DNA of 57,296 nucleotides from Phycisphaerales bacterium (GCA_020353195.1 CP070691.1:3655665-3712960); one strand, 5' to 3'; positions 9,740 to 19,574 are shown, counted from the first letter of the stretch. Made by a program: numbers and translations. Notes: generated by a model from the letters alone, not told the origin.

Positions 9740-9907
9740 GCCGGTCCTTTCAGGGAGTGGAAGAGCGGTTTGACCCGTCGAAAGGCGAAGGAGGCTCGTT
9801 CCTCACGTTTCTGCGACGGGCCGCGCCCCTGCACCGGCTACGCAGTTGTCCGGTGCAGCGGCGTTGATACCGGCGTCCGCCGTTATTCTGGTTTCTGTGA
9901 GGGCACT
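9740..9907 (+). other. Dispersed intergenic element, copy A (homologous to 25455-25618, minus strand)
   Basis: The 36-nt core 9762-9797 matches copy B at 31/36, and flanking blocks are co-spaced. Confidence 0.65.
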
Positions 9908-9987
9908 TCGTGGGTGTCTCCTGACGTCCGAGACTGAACGGGGTTGGACATGCAAGCGGCGGCACCTGCCGCCCGGGTGAGGCAATC

Positions 9988-11778
9988 ATGACCGTGACCA
10001 TGGTGTTGGTGGCGTCGCTTCTGCTGCAGTGCATCGCGGTGGTTCTGGCCCTGTGGCTGATCCGCATCACGGGCAGGTGGCCGGCGTGGAGCTTCATCGC
10101 TGCGGCGATTCTGCTGATGGCGGTCCGGGGAGGCATGTCCATGCATCGCTGGATATCCCGGGATCCGTCGCATCTGCTCGACGTGGCGTTCGAGGTGGAG
10201 TGCCTGGTCGGGTCGGCCTTGGTGGTTGCGGGGGTCGCCTCGATCATTCCTCTTTTTCGATCCATTGAGTGTTCGCGAGGCGAGTTGCGTGAGAGCACGG
10301 AGTTTTCTTCGAGTCTGTTGAGCAACGCTCCGAATCCCATCCTCGTGATCAATCCGGACAGCTCGATACGGTATGTGAATCCTGCGTTGGAACGGTTGAC
10401 CGGTTTCTCTTCCGGAGAGATCGTCGGGCGCAAGCCTCCGTACCCCTGGTGGCCGGAAGACGCGGCGCAGCGCATCAGGGGTGTATTCAAGACGGCGTTG
10501 CGAACGGGCGTGCAGAAACTCGAGGAGTCCTTTCAGAAGAAGAACGGCGGGCGATTCTGGGTTGAGATAACGTCTACCGCGGTCAGCCATGACGGGGCGT
10601 TCAGGTACTACGTCTCGAACTGGGTGGACGTTACCGAGCGCAAGCGGGCGGAGGAATCCCTGAAGTCGGAGCGGGACAAATTACAGTCGCTTATGGACGG
10701 ATTGGCCACTACGGGAATCGGGGTCGACGTTGTCGGTGCTGACTACCGCATCGTGAGCCAGAACGAGATTCTGAGACAGCGGTTCGGCGACACTGCGGGA
10801 AAGTTGTGTTACGAGACCTATATGAAGCGCAGTGAGCCTTGCGACTTCTGCCGCCTGGCGGAGGCGATACGAGATAGGAAGAGGCAGAAGGTTGAGGTCG
10901 TAGCGTCTGACGGAAGGGACTACGAGGTGTTCTCGGGTCCGTTTGGCAATCCGGACGGGACTGTTGACAAAGTGGCCGAGGTGGTCGTGGACATCACCGA
11001 GCGCAAGCAGGCGGAGAAGGAACTCGCCCGGTATCGCGACCACCTGGAGGAGCTCGTCGAGCAGCGGACCCGGGAGCTGGCAGACTCGCGCGAGCAAGTG
11101 CGGCAAGCGGAACGTCTGGCGTCCATCGGCACGCTGGCGGCCGGCGTCGCTCACGAGATCAACAATCCGGTGGGCGGAATCCTCATTGCGGCCCAGGGCG
11201 CCCTTGGTGAGATCGACGGACCGCAGGACCAAAGGTACATTGCGAGATGTCTGAACGAGATTGTCGAGGATGCGAAGCGGTGCAGCCGCATTGTCAAGAG
11301 CATTCTCGGATTCGCGCGGGAGGAGCCGACCGAGAAGTGGGCCAGCGACATCAACGCGGTCGTGATGCGGAGCATCGATCTGACCCGCGAGCTGGTTGAC
11401 AATCGGGGTGCCATGGTGACACTTGAACTGGGCGAGGGTGTGTCGGCCGTGCCTCTGAACCCGATCGAATTCGAGCAGGTACTGGTCAATCTGATCACGA
11501 ACGCGGTGGAGGCCGCCGGCGAAGGTGTGCGAGTGACCGTGCGGACTGAGCGGCGTGACGCCACAGCCCGGGTCACGGTGGCCGACGACGGCCCCGGAAT
11601 GCCGCCGGAGCGGTTGAAGCACGTTTTCGACCCGTTCTACACGACGCGCCAGCGAGCGGGGGGCACCGGTCTAGGCCTGAGCGTCGTTCATGGAATCATT
11701 CAGGCGCACGGCGGGAACATCGACGTGAAGAGTCAGCCGGGACTCGGAACGGTCTTTACCATCGACTTGCCGTGTTAG
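9988..11778 (+). CDS. Membrane PAS-PAS sensor histidine kinase (NtrB-like)
   Basis: 3 N-terminal TMs, two PAS/PAC domains (DVTERK, DITERK), H-box AHEINNP, N-box NLITNA, DDGPG, FDPFYTT, GTGLGL. Confidence 0.95.
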   Translation: MTVTMVLVASLLLQCIAVVLALWLIRITGRWPAWSFIAAAILLMAVRGGMSMHRWISRDPSHLLDVAFEVECLVGSALVVAGVASIIPLFRSIECSRGELRESTEFSSSLLSNAPNPILVINPDSSIRYVNPALERLTGFSSGEIVGRKPPYPWWPEDAAQRIRGVFKTALRTGVQKLEESFQKKNGGRFWVEITSTAVSHDGAFRYYVSNWVDVTERKRAEESLKSERDKLQSLMDGLATTGIGVDVVGADYRIVSQNEILRQRFGDTAGKLCYETYMKRSEPCDFCRLAEAIRDRKRQKVEVVASDGRDYEVFSGPFGNPDGTVDKVAEVVVDITERKQAEKELARYRDHLEELVEQRTRELADSREQVRQAERLASIGTLAAGVAHEINNPVGGILIAAQGALGEIDGPQDQRYIARCLNEIVEDAKRCSRIVKSILGFAREEPTEKWASDINAVVMRSIDLTRELVDNRGAMVTLELGEGVSAVPLNPIEFEQVLVNLITNAVEAAGEGVRVTVRTERRDATARVTVADDGPGMPPERLKHVFDPFYTTRQRAGGTGLGLSVVHGIIQAHGGNIDVKSQPGLGTVFTIDLPC

Positions 11779-11799
11779 CCGATGGGGGAGTGACAGGCG

Positions 11800-13047
11800 A
11801 TGCCAAAAGTCCTTGTTGTTGACGACGAACCGCGGTACCGGGACCACATCAGCCGAGCATTGTCACTTGACGGGCACGATGTTCAGACGGCGGCGAGCGG
11901 GCGTACCGGGATTTGTGTCGGCAGCCGGTTTCGTCCGGAAGTTCTGGTAGCCGACTGGATGCTCCAGAACCACGTGCACGGGCTTCACGTCTCTGAAGTG
12001 CTGCGGACCGTTGTGCCCGAGCTTCGGACCATTCTGATCACCGGTTTCGCGTCACAGGACGTGAAGAGCGCCGCCGGCCGCCAGCGCGTGTCGAAGTTCT
12101 TCGAGAAACCGTTTGAACTGGCCGATCTTCGGGCGGCCGTCTCCGAGGTCGCGACCGCTGCGCCCGTGTCCGGCAGGCCGGTGCCGTTGGCCGTCGCCGA
12201 GGTCGACCGGGACGGTTCCATCACGTTTGCGAACCGCGCGGCGCGGGAGCTGTTCGCCACGACCGACGCGGGCGGCGGCGCGGGAGATCTCAGTGAGCTA
12301 TTCGACATGCCTGTGGCCGAGCTGATCACAGCGTCTTCCCGGCGGTGGGTGGGCGTTTCGCCACGTCTCGCGGCGCGCACGGTGTGGCACGTTCGCTCGA
12401 AGGAATGTGTTGAGGGACGCGCGTGGCTCGTTGTCATCGTCCCTGACGACGAGGCGTATCTCCGGGAGCACTCGGTTGTTCGCATGCTGCTCGGTCTGGA
12501 GCCGTCAGGTCGCGTCCGATGGCCGCTGAAAGGACGTGTACTGGTCGTTGACACCGAAGAGCTGGTTCGCCGCGCCCTGGCCGCGCAGATCGAATACGCC
12601 GGCGGAGTCTGCCATGCCGCGGAGGGCACGGACACCGCGCTTCAGACGTTCGAGCGTGATTCGGGCATCGAGGTGGTTGTCCTGGACCATGACCTGCCGG
12701 GCCGAGACGCGCAGACCCTCGTCAGGCGCCTTCGTGCCATCCGGGCGTACGTGCGCATCATCGGCACCAGCGCTCACGACCGCTCGAGCGACTTCGAGCG
12801 TATGGGAGTGAAGGAGTTCCTGCTCAAGCCCTGGACGGTCCAGGATCTGATCAATCTCCTGCTGGATCGCATCGGCCACTGCATCATGTGTGGGCTTCTG
12901 CTTCCCCTGCGACGACCGAAACCGGGCGAGGAGCCCGGGCACTGGGTATGCGCTTTCTGCGGCTGTCGCTACTCGGCCCTCTTCGACAACGGTTTCTCCG
13001 AGGATGTGATCCGGAACGCCCGACCCGCCCCGAGCACACAAACGTGA
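11800..13047 (+). CDS. Response regulator REC-PAS(like)-REC-zinc ribbon
   Basis: VLVVDDE..ADWML..ITG..EKPF; PAS-like ITFANRAARELF; VLVVDTE..LDHDLP..LKPW; C-terminal CIMC...CAFC. Confidence 0.88.
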   Translation: MPKVLVVDDEPRYRDHISRALSLDGHDVQTAASGRTGICVGSRFRPEVLVADWMLQNHVHGLHVSEVLRTVVPELRTILITGFASQDVKSAAGRQRVSKFFEKPFELADLRAAVSEVATAAPVSGRPVPLAVAEVDRDGSITFANRAARELFATTDAGGGAGDLSELFDMPVAELITASSRRWVGVSPRLAARTVWHVRSKECVEGRAWLVVIVPDDEAYLREHSVVRMLLGLEPSGRVRWPLKGRVLVVDTEELVRRALAAQIEYAGGVCHAAEGTDTALQTFERDSGIEVVVLDHDLPGRDAQTLVRRLRAIRAYVRIIGTSAHDRSSDFERMGVKEFLLKPWTVQDLINLLLDRIGHCIMCGLLLPLRRPKPGEEPGHWVCAFCGCRYSALFDNGFSEDVIRNARPAPSTQT

Positions 13048-13123
13048 CCCCCGTCATGAGGGCTGCTCGACCTGGCGAACCCGTTGTCGGCGCCGGTGCA
13101 AGCGACCGGCGGTCTTATGGTCT

Positions 13124-14569
13124 TCAGTTCCGCGGTCCCTGCGCCTCTTCCGGCGCGAGTTCGCCGATGGCTTTGCAGATGGCGGCCAGGTCATCGGCGA
13201 CCTCGACGGGGTGATTCGACCGTTTGCCCGTGGGTGGCACCGGATCGGGCCACTTGGCCGCTTTGACGTCGATACCCGTGTGGTACTTGACCGTCGCGTC
13301 GGGGTCTTTCAGGCTGTGACCCGTCAGCACGCACACCACCCGCTCACTCTTCGAGATGACGCCCTCGTCCAACAGCAGGTGTAGCCCTGCGACCGAAGCG
13401 GCCGAGGCCGGCTCGCACGAGTAGCCGTATCGACCCACCATGGCTTTGTGGTCCAGGATCGTCTCGTCGTCGATCTGGCGGACCACGCCATCCATGACGT
13501 CGAGGGCCCGCAGGGCCTTCGTGAGGTTGACGGGTCGCCCGATCTCGATCGCGCTGGCGACCGTCCGGGCCCGCTGGCCGGTTTCGTCCATCCGGCGGTA
13601 GTGATCGGCGATGGCGTCGTGGTCGACTCGGCCGGCGTTCCAGCAGAGTCCGCGCTCATTGACCATGTCGTACAGCGTGTTGGCCCCGCTCGCGTTGATG
13701 ATGGCCAAGCGGGGAACGCGGTCGACGAGGCCAAGATGGTGCAGCTCCAGGAACGCTTTGCCGAACGCGCTGCTGTTGCCGAGGTTGCCTCCGGGAGCGA
13801 TGATCCAGTCCGGCACCTGCCAGTCGAGCCCTTCGAGAACGCGATACATGATGGTCTTCTGCCCCTCGAGGCGGAACGGGTTGAGCGAGTTGAGCAGATA
13901 GATGCCCAGCTTGTCGGACATCTCGAGGACGCGGCGCATGCAGGCGTCGAAGTCACCGTCGATCTGCAGCGTCAACGCGCCGTGATCGAGAGTCTGCGAC
14001 AGCTTGCCGAAGGCGATCTTCCCGCTGCCTACGAAGACGATTCCCTGCACGGAGGGTTCACCGGCGGGCGCGGCCATGGACGCGAACATCGCCATCGACG
14101 CGCTGGTGTTGCCGGTCGACGCGCACGCCACGCGCCGACGACCGAGTCTCCGGGCCATCGTGAAACCGGCGGCCATCCCGTTGTCCTTGAAGCTGCCTGA
14201 CGGGTTGAAACCCTCGTATTGCAGGAACAGGGAGCCCGGCTTCATGTTCAGATCGAGACCCAGTCGGTCGGCCTGCTGGAGGGTCGTTCGCCCTTCGCCG
14301 ACGGTGACGATGTCTTCAAGGCGGGCGAACGGCAGCAGCTCGCGGAAGCGCCAGACGCCGCTGTAGTCGGCCCGGCCGACGAGGTCCCGCCCCGCCGTGC
14401 CCCACCGCTGTTCGAAGAACGCGAGCGACCCGGGCACGTTCACCTTGTCCCAATCGTAAACCACATCGAGCAGGCTGCCGCAGCGTCGACACGCGAACAG
14501 GACGTCGTCGACGGCGTAGTCGGCCCGGCAATCGGCGTTGATGCACTGCTGATAGACGTGATCTTCCAT
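13124..14569 (-). CDS. thrC: Threonine synthase
   Basis: NPSGSFKD (PLP lysine), CASTGNTSAS, PGGNLGN, CEPASAAS, LTGHSLKD, N-terminal zinc ribbon. Confidence 0.95.
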   Translation of the reverse strand: MEDHVYQQCINADCRADYAVDDVLFACRRCGSLLDVVYDWDKVNVPGSLAFFEQRWGTAGRDLVGRADYSGVWRFRELLPFARLEDIVTVGEGRTTLQQADRLGLDLNMKPGSLFLQYEGFNPSGSFKDNGMAAGFTMARRLGRRRVACASTGNTSASMAMFASMAAPAGEPSVQGIVFVGSGKIAFGKLSQTLDHGALTLQIDGDFDACMRRVLEMSDKLGIYLLNSLNPFRLEGQKTIMYRVLEGLDWQVPDWIIAPGGNLGNSSAFGKAFLELHHLGLVDRVPRLAIINASGANTLYDMVNERGLCWNAGRVDHDAIADHYRRMDETGQRARTVASAIEIGRPVNLTKALRALDVMDGVVRQIDDETILDHKAMVGRYGYSCEPASAASVAGLHLLLDEGVISKSERVVCVLTGHSLKDPDATVKYHTGIDVKAAKWPDPVPPTGKRSNHPVEVADDLAAICKAIGELAPEEAQGPRN

Positions 14570-14606
14570 CGCCACACTGTACGCCCGGGGCCACGGCCCT
14601 GTCCAC

Positions 14607-15995
14607 CTACGGGACATATCCGAGTGACCGCAGCCTGTCCAACTCCTCCGGTGTCAGTTCAACGGGTACCGGCTCATGGCGAGGATCGGCTCCCATGCTC
14701 TGGCGGGCGGTCTCGAGATCCCGGGTCATACGGGCGACCCGCTGCGGATCGGCGCGACTCAGATCGTTTCTCTCGAACGGATCGTTGCGCAGGTCAAAGA
14801 GCAAGGCACCGCCGTCCGCCGGCAGGACCAGCTTGTGTCCGTCCTGCAGCCAGCCCCGGTGCGGTGGTCCCCAGTGGTTTCCCTCGAAGGCGATCGGGCG
14901 CTGCGCGACCTCGCCGCCGTCCATCAGCTCGACCAGGGTTCGGCCGGCGAAGCCCGGGTCGGTGCTGATCCCCGCCAGGTCGCACAGCGTCGGCGCCAGG
15001 TCCACGTGCGCGACGGTCGCTTCAATGGTCCCCGCGTCGAATCGTCCGGGGAAGCGGATGATCAGCGGAACGCGAACGAGCTCGTCATAGAGGGTATGTC
15101 CGTGTTCGAATCCGTCATGGTCGAGGAACTCCTCGCCGTGGTCAGCCGTGAGAACGACGACGGTCGAATCCGCGAGCCCCATCGTACGCAGGCCGGTGAG
15201 CAGCCGGCCCACTTCGCTGTCGGTGTAGGCGACTTCGCCGTCGTACAGCTTCTCCGCCCGTTTGATCGACGCGCGGGTGAAGGTCGTCTTCCCCTGACGG
15301 TAGCCGCCGATCTGCCGTCGGGTCCCGAACACCCAACTCGAATCCCGGCGGTCCCGGGGGTCGGCGAATTTGTCACGGAACGGTTGCGGGGGAGCGTACA
15401 CGAGATGAGGGTCGAAGTAGTGGACCAGCAGAAAAAACGGGCGGTCGCGCGGCGCCCTGAGCCACGCCAGGGCCGCGTTCGTCGTCCGTCCGGCCGAACG
15501 CATCTGAACATTGCTGGGATACACTTCGAAGTCGACGTGATCGAAGCCCCGCGTCAGTCCGAACGGGCCGGTGAGAAACTCGACATTGACCACCGAGGCG
15601 GTGGCGTAGCCTTCATCGCGAAAGCACTCCGCCAGCGTCCGTACCCAGGGACGAAGTCGGGTGAACTTACCGGCTTGCCCGCCCGCACCGTGGTGCAACG
15701 GGTCCAACGACGTCAGCATCGAGGCCAACGACGGCAGCGTCCACGGTGAATGAGCATACGCCCGCTCGAACCGCACCCCGTCGGCAGCCAGAGCATCGAT
15801 GCGGGGCGTCGCGCCCAAATTGCTTCCGTAGCACCCCAGCTTGTCGCTGCGCAGGGTGTCCACGACGATCAGCAGGATGTCCGGGCCATCCGCCGGCTCG
15901 GGCTTCGCCGGCTCCCGCGAACAGCCCGCGAGCTGCGCGGCGACAAAGCCGATGATCGTCAGAACGAAAGTGCATGTGCGAGCGCATCCGGGCAT
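14607..15995 (-). CDS. Sulfatase-like alkaline-phosphatase-superfamily lipoprotein
   Basis: ILLIVVDTLRSD, ATPRID, SPWTLPSLASMLT, HYFDPH, TADHGEEF, DPFERND; lipobox LAGC. Confidence 0.9.
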   Translation of the reverse strand: MPGCARTCTFVLTIIGFVAAQLAGCSREPAKPEPADGPDILLIVVDTLRSDKLGCYGSNLGATPRIDALAADGVRFERAYAHSPWTLPSLASMLTSLDPLHHGAGGQAGKFTRLRPWVRTLAECFRDEGYATASVVNVEFLTGPFGLTRGFDHVDFEVYPSNVQMRSAGRTTNAALAWLRAPRDRPFFLLVHYFDPHLVYAPPQPFRDKFADPRDRRDSSWVFGTRRQIGGYRQGKTTFTRASIKRAEKLYDGEVAYTDSEVGRLLTGLRTMGLADSTVVVLTADHGEEFLDHDGFEHGHTLYDELVRVPLIIRFPGRFDAGTIEATVAHVDLAPTLCDLAGISTDPGFAGRTLVELMDGGEVAQRPIAFEGNHWGPPHRGWLQDGHKLVLPADGGALLFDLRNDPFERNDLSRADPQRVARMTRDLETARQSMGADPRHEPVPVELTPEELDRLRSLGYVP

Positions 15996-16229
15996 CAACA
16001 GCCTCCCGACCGCAGGAATGTTCCGTAATCGGCGCGGCAACCGGCAGTGATGCACTGCTGGCCGGCAGGGTCGGTCATGAACGTCACTGTAAGGTGATCG
16101 CCCCGGTTATGTCCATATGCAAGTGCGCGATTCCGCTCCGGCGCGCCGGCATCGGGGCGGGCCTTCGAGCCTGTTGTCTGACCGGCTGGAACGCCCGTGC
16201 CACATTCTGGTGGGGACCCTCAGATCCGG

Positions 16230-16257
16230 TAAAGTCCTGCCGCCGATCTTCCGAAAC
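16230..16257 (+). promoter_or_regulatory. Putative sigma28-type promoter for the PP2C gene
   Basis: TAAA-N16-TCCGAAAC versus the consensus TAAA-N15/16-GCCGATAA. Confidence 0.35.
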
Positions 16258-16336
16258 AGTATAGACGCAGGTGGCTGTCGGCACCCGGACGTGGGCCGGG
16301 CGCCGCGCATGCAACCGTCGGCGAAGAGGGCGAAAC

Positions 16337-17236
16337 GTGTCCGATCTTCCCTATCCCATGTCCTCCCACGAATCCAGCGCGACGCGGTCGATCGGCGACG
16401 GGCTTCTGAGCGTGCTCGAGAGTATGGCCGGTCACCTGACCGACCTGGAACAGAAGAGTCGCGAACTGACGGCGAACTATCAACACCTCGACGAGCAGAT
16501 TCATCTTGCCAGCCAGATCCAGCGGGCGTTGTTGCCGGACGCGGGGCACGGGCCTCGGGGCGCGCGCGTGAGCACGCTCTATCGCCCCGTGGACCGCGTC
16601 AGCGGCGATATCTACGACATCGTCCGCCTGGACGAGACGAACGTGGGCATCTCGCTTGCCGATGCCGCCGGTCACGGCGTGCCCGCCGCCTTGCTGACCG
16701 TGTTCATCAAACGGGTCTTCAAGGGCAAGGAGATCCACGCCGGATCCTATCGGATCGTGCCGCCGGACGAGATTCTCAACCGGTTGAATCGGGAACTGAA
16801 CGAAACCCGCCTCAAGCACTGCCCCTACGTCACCGCCCTGCACGCCGTGTACAGCGAGCACCTGCGCCGCCTGACCTTCGCCCGCGGAGGTACGCCCTAT
16901 CCGGTGTTGATCCCCGCCGGCGGGGCGCCCCGGCAACTGATCAGCCGCGGCGGGCTGATCGGCGCATTCGACGGCGGTGACTTCGAGTGTGTCGACGTCG
17001 ACCTGCACCCCGGGGATCGAATCCTGTTCTTCACCGACGGACTGACCGCGCTGCTGTGTGGATCGGACGGCGCCGCCCCCGGAGACGACATCACGCGGAT
17101 TCCCTGGTTCGCCGAGTTCGCTCAGTACCCGTTCGAGACCTTCCTCACCCGGATCGACCGCCTGATTGATGAGACACCGCCCGGTGCCTGGCACGGCGAC
17201 GACATCACCGTTGTGGCCATGGAAGTCGAAAACTGA
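16337..17236 (+). CDS. PP2C/SpoIIE (RsbU-like) serine phosphatase
   Basis: ASQIQRALLP, VSGDIYD, ADAAGHGVPAA, FTDGL, DDIT; N-terminal coiled coil. Start GTG 16337 (alternatively ATG 16358). Confidence 0.92.
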   Translation: MSDLPYPMSSHESSATRSIGDGLLSVLESMAGHLTDLEQKSRELTANYQHLDEQIHLASQIQRALLPDAGHGPRGARVSTLYRPVDRVSGDIYDIVRLDETNVGISLADAAGHGVPAALLTVFIKRVFKGKEIHAGSYRIVPPDEILNRLNRELNETRLKHCPYVTALHAVYSEHLRRLTFARGGTPYPVLIPAGGAPRQLISRGGLIGAFDGGDFECVDVDLHPGDRILFFTDGLTALLCGSDGAAPGDDITRIPWFAEFAQYPFETFLTRIDRLIDETPPGAWHGDDITVVAMEVEN

Positions 17237-17362
17237 CAATGCAGATGTGAGAACGGCCGAGCGCAGGTCAGGCGATCGTCAACGCCTCAACGCGAAGCCG
17301 GGTCCGGCGTTTTGTGTGTTCGCCATTTCTACTAGCCGGTTTCCCGGCGTTTCAGCGCTTTG

Positions 17363-17938
17363 TCAACCCAGCGCCCCGTCGATCATGTCGCACCACGTAT
17401 GGATGATTAGCAGGTGCGCTTCCTGGATGCGCGCGGTGGCGGTGCTGGGGATGATGATTTCGTGCTCGGCCACGTCGCACGCGGGTCTCTTCGCCGCCGG
17501 GTCGCCGCATCGGCCCAGCAGGGCCACCGTGCCCAACCCGCGCTCGCGGGCGGCCCGCAGCGCGCGGGCGATGTTCTGCGAAGCGCCAGACGTCGTCAGG
17601 CCGACCAGGCAATCCCCCGGCTGCCCCAGCCCTTGCACCTGACGGGCGAACACGTCCGCCGGGTCAAAATCGTTGGCAATGCAGGTCAGCAGCGGCCCGT
17701 CGGCACTGAGGCAGACCGCGCCGAGGCTGCGGCGCTGTCGCCGGTATCGCCCCACCAGCTCCGTGCAGAGATGCGAAGCCTGCGCCGCTGACCCTCCGTT
17801 GCCGCAGGCGAGGATCTTCTTGTCCGCGCGCAGCGTCTCGATCAGCAGCCGACCTGTTCGCCCGATGCTCGTCTCCAGTTCGCTCAGCGACGCCCGCAGG
17901 CGATCCCATTCCGTGAGGTTGTCGTTCCACGTGTTCAT
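17363..17938 (-). CDS. gmhA: Phosphoheptose isomerase (SIS domain)
   Basis: CGNGGSAAQASH, TCIAND, FARQVQGLG, TTSGAS, TARIQEAH. Confidence 0.9.
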   Translation of the reverse strand: MNTWNDNLTEWDRLRASLSELETSIGRTGRLLIETLRADKKILACGNGGSAAQASHLCTELVGRYRRQRRSLGAVCLSADGPLLTCIANDFDPADVFARQVQGLGQPGDCLVGLTTSGASQNIARALRAARERGLGTVALLGRCGDPAAKRPACDVAEHEIIIPSTATARIQEAHLLIIHTWCDMIDGALG

Positions 17939-18037
17939 GATTCCCCGCAGTCGAATTGATGTTCTCAACACCGGGCACCATCTCAGGTGCCGTGCTCATG
18001 GCCGCGCAAGCGTGACCATGCCAGCCGACCACCTAGA

Positions 18038-18082
18038 TCCTCAGTGCTCGATTCTCAATTCTGAATTCTCAGTTCTCAGTTC
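18038..18082. repeat. Degenerate heptamer tandem repeat (TTCTCAG)n
   Basis: tcctcag tgctcga ttctcaa ttctgaa ttctcag ttctcag ttc. Confidence 0.75.
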
Positions 18083-18104
18083 CCCGCCTGCCTCCGGGGC
18101 ATCC

Positions 18105-19574
18105 TTACGTAACCAGCCCCACCGCCAGGTACAGCAGCGTCGCGACCGCACCGACGGTCACCGCATACGGAAGTTGTGTCCGCACGTGATCGATGTGGTC
18201 GGACGCAGACGCCATCGACGAGACGATCGTCGTGTCCGAGATGGGCGAACAGTGGTCGCCGAACACGCCGCCGCCCAATACGGCCGCCACCGCCATCTGC
18301 GGTTCGACGCCGACGGTCTGGGCCACCGGCAGGGCGATGGGCAGCATGATGGCGAACGTGCCCCAACTCGTCCCGGTGGAAAACCCGATCGAACACGCGA
18401 CCACGAAGATCAACGGCGCGACCAGGAAAACGGGCAGATTGTCACTGACCACCGACGCTACGTAGTCGCCCGTTCCCAGCTCGGACCGACACAGCCGGCC
18501 GATGGCAAACGCCATGATCATCAGGACGCCCAGCGGCACCAGCGCCGAGGCGCCTTTGAACACGACGTCGATGTACTCCTTGAGATTCATGATCCCCTGC
18601 AGGCGATAGAGCACGCCCGCGAACACGACGGCCGTCGTGACACCCCACAGCACTCCCGTCGATCCCGAACACGCCCCCAGCACGTTCCAGAACGTCTTGG
18701 CCTTTTCCGGATCAATGTCCCGGTAGCCCGTGTAGGCCAACCCCACCGGGACCATGACCACCATGACCACGATCGGCAGGATCATGTTGAACGCGCGCGG
18801 TCGCGTCTTCGGGTCGGGCGGCAGGCTGATCACGTCGTCGGCGATCATGGGCTGCGCGCCGTCGGCATGAAGCTTGCCCTCGACGTCGGCCCGGCGCTCC
18901 GCCGTCCTCATCGGACCGTAGTCCTTCCGCGTGACCAGAATGAAGAACAACATCACCAGGCTGAGTATCGCATAGAAGTTGTAGGGAATCGCCCGCACCA
19001 GCAGCGGGACCGGCTCCGCTACGCCGAGCACCGCCAGCTGGCCCAGCACGAACGCACCCCACCCGTTGAGCGGGATCATGATGCACGTCGGGGCGGACAC
19101 CGTGTCGCAGACGTACGCGAGCTTCTCGCGCGAGATTCGCAGCTTGTCGAAGATCGGACGGGCCACCGCCCCCGTCACCAGGCAGACGACGCTCGATTCG
19201 ATGAAGGTCATCATGCCGACGGCCATCGCCAGCACGCCCGCGCTGCGCCGTCCGCGGACGATCCGCGCACCCTGCACGAAGCTGACGAACCCGTTGACGC
19301 CCGCGCTCCGCTGGATCAGCGCGATCAGCGATCCGACGAGCACGCTGAACAGAATCACCCGCGTGTTGCCCGCGTCCTCGAAGACGGCCACACAGGCGTC
19401 CAGCGACGCCACCAGGCCCGCGATCGGGTTCCAGTCGTTGACCACCCAGTACCCCACCGCGATCCCCGCAAACAGGGAGAGGAACACCTGACGGGTCACG
19501 ACGGCCAACCCGATCGCCAGCAGCGGCGGCAGAATGGACCAGATCCCATACGAGTGAATCGCGGCAACCGGCAT
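18105..19574 (-). CDS. Na+/H+ antiporter NhaC family transporter
   Basis: SILPPLLAIGLA, SREKLAY, GTSWGTF, FGDHCSPISDTT, DHVRTQLPY. Confidence 0.92.
   Translation of the reverse strand: MPVAAIHSYGIWSILPPLLAIGLAVVTRQVFLSLFAGIAVGYWVVNDWNPIAGLVASLDACVAVFEDAGNTRVILFSVLVGSLIALIQRSAGVNGFVSFVQGARIVRGRRSAGVLAMAVGMMTFIESSVVCLVTGAVARPIFDKLRISREKLAYVCDTVSAPTCIMIPLNGWGAFVLGQLAVLGVAEPVPLLVRAIPYNFYAILSLVMLFFILVTRKDYGPMRTAERRADVEGKLHADGAQPMIADDVISLPPDPKTRPRAFNMILPIVVMVVMVPVGLAYTGYRDIDPEKAKTFWNVLGACSGSTGVLWGVTTAVVFAGVLYRLQGIMNLKEYIDVVFKGASALVPLGVLMIMAFAIGRLCRSELGTGDYVASVVSDNLPVFLVAPLIFVVACSIGFSTGTSWGTFAIMLPIALPVAQTVGVEPQMAVAAVLGGGVFGDHCSPISDTTIVSSMASASDHIDHVRTQLPYAVTVGAVATLLYLAVGLVT

Noticed and set aside
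9169-9867. 232-aa ORF as an intact gene
   Set aside because: Arg/Pro-rich and overlaps the DUF2934 gene; only a short sigma-like peptide is notable, and it is covered under the shared element.
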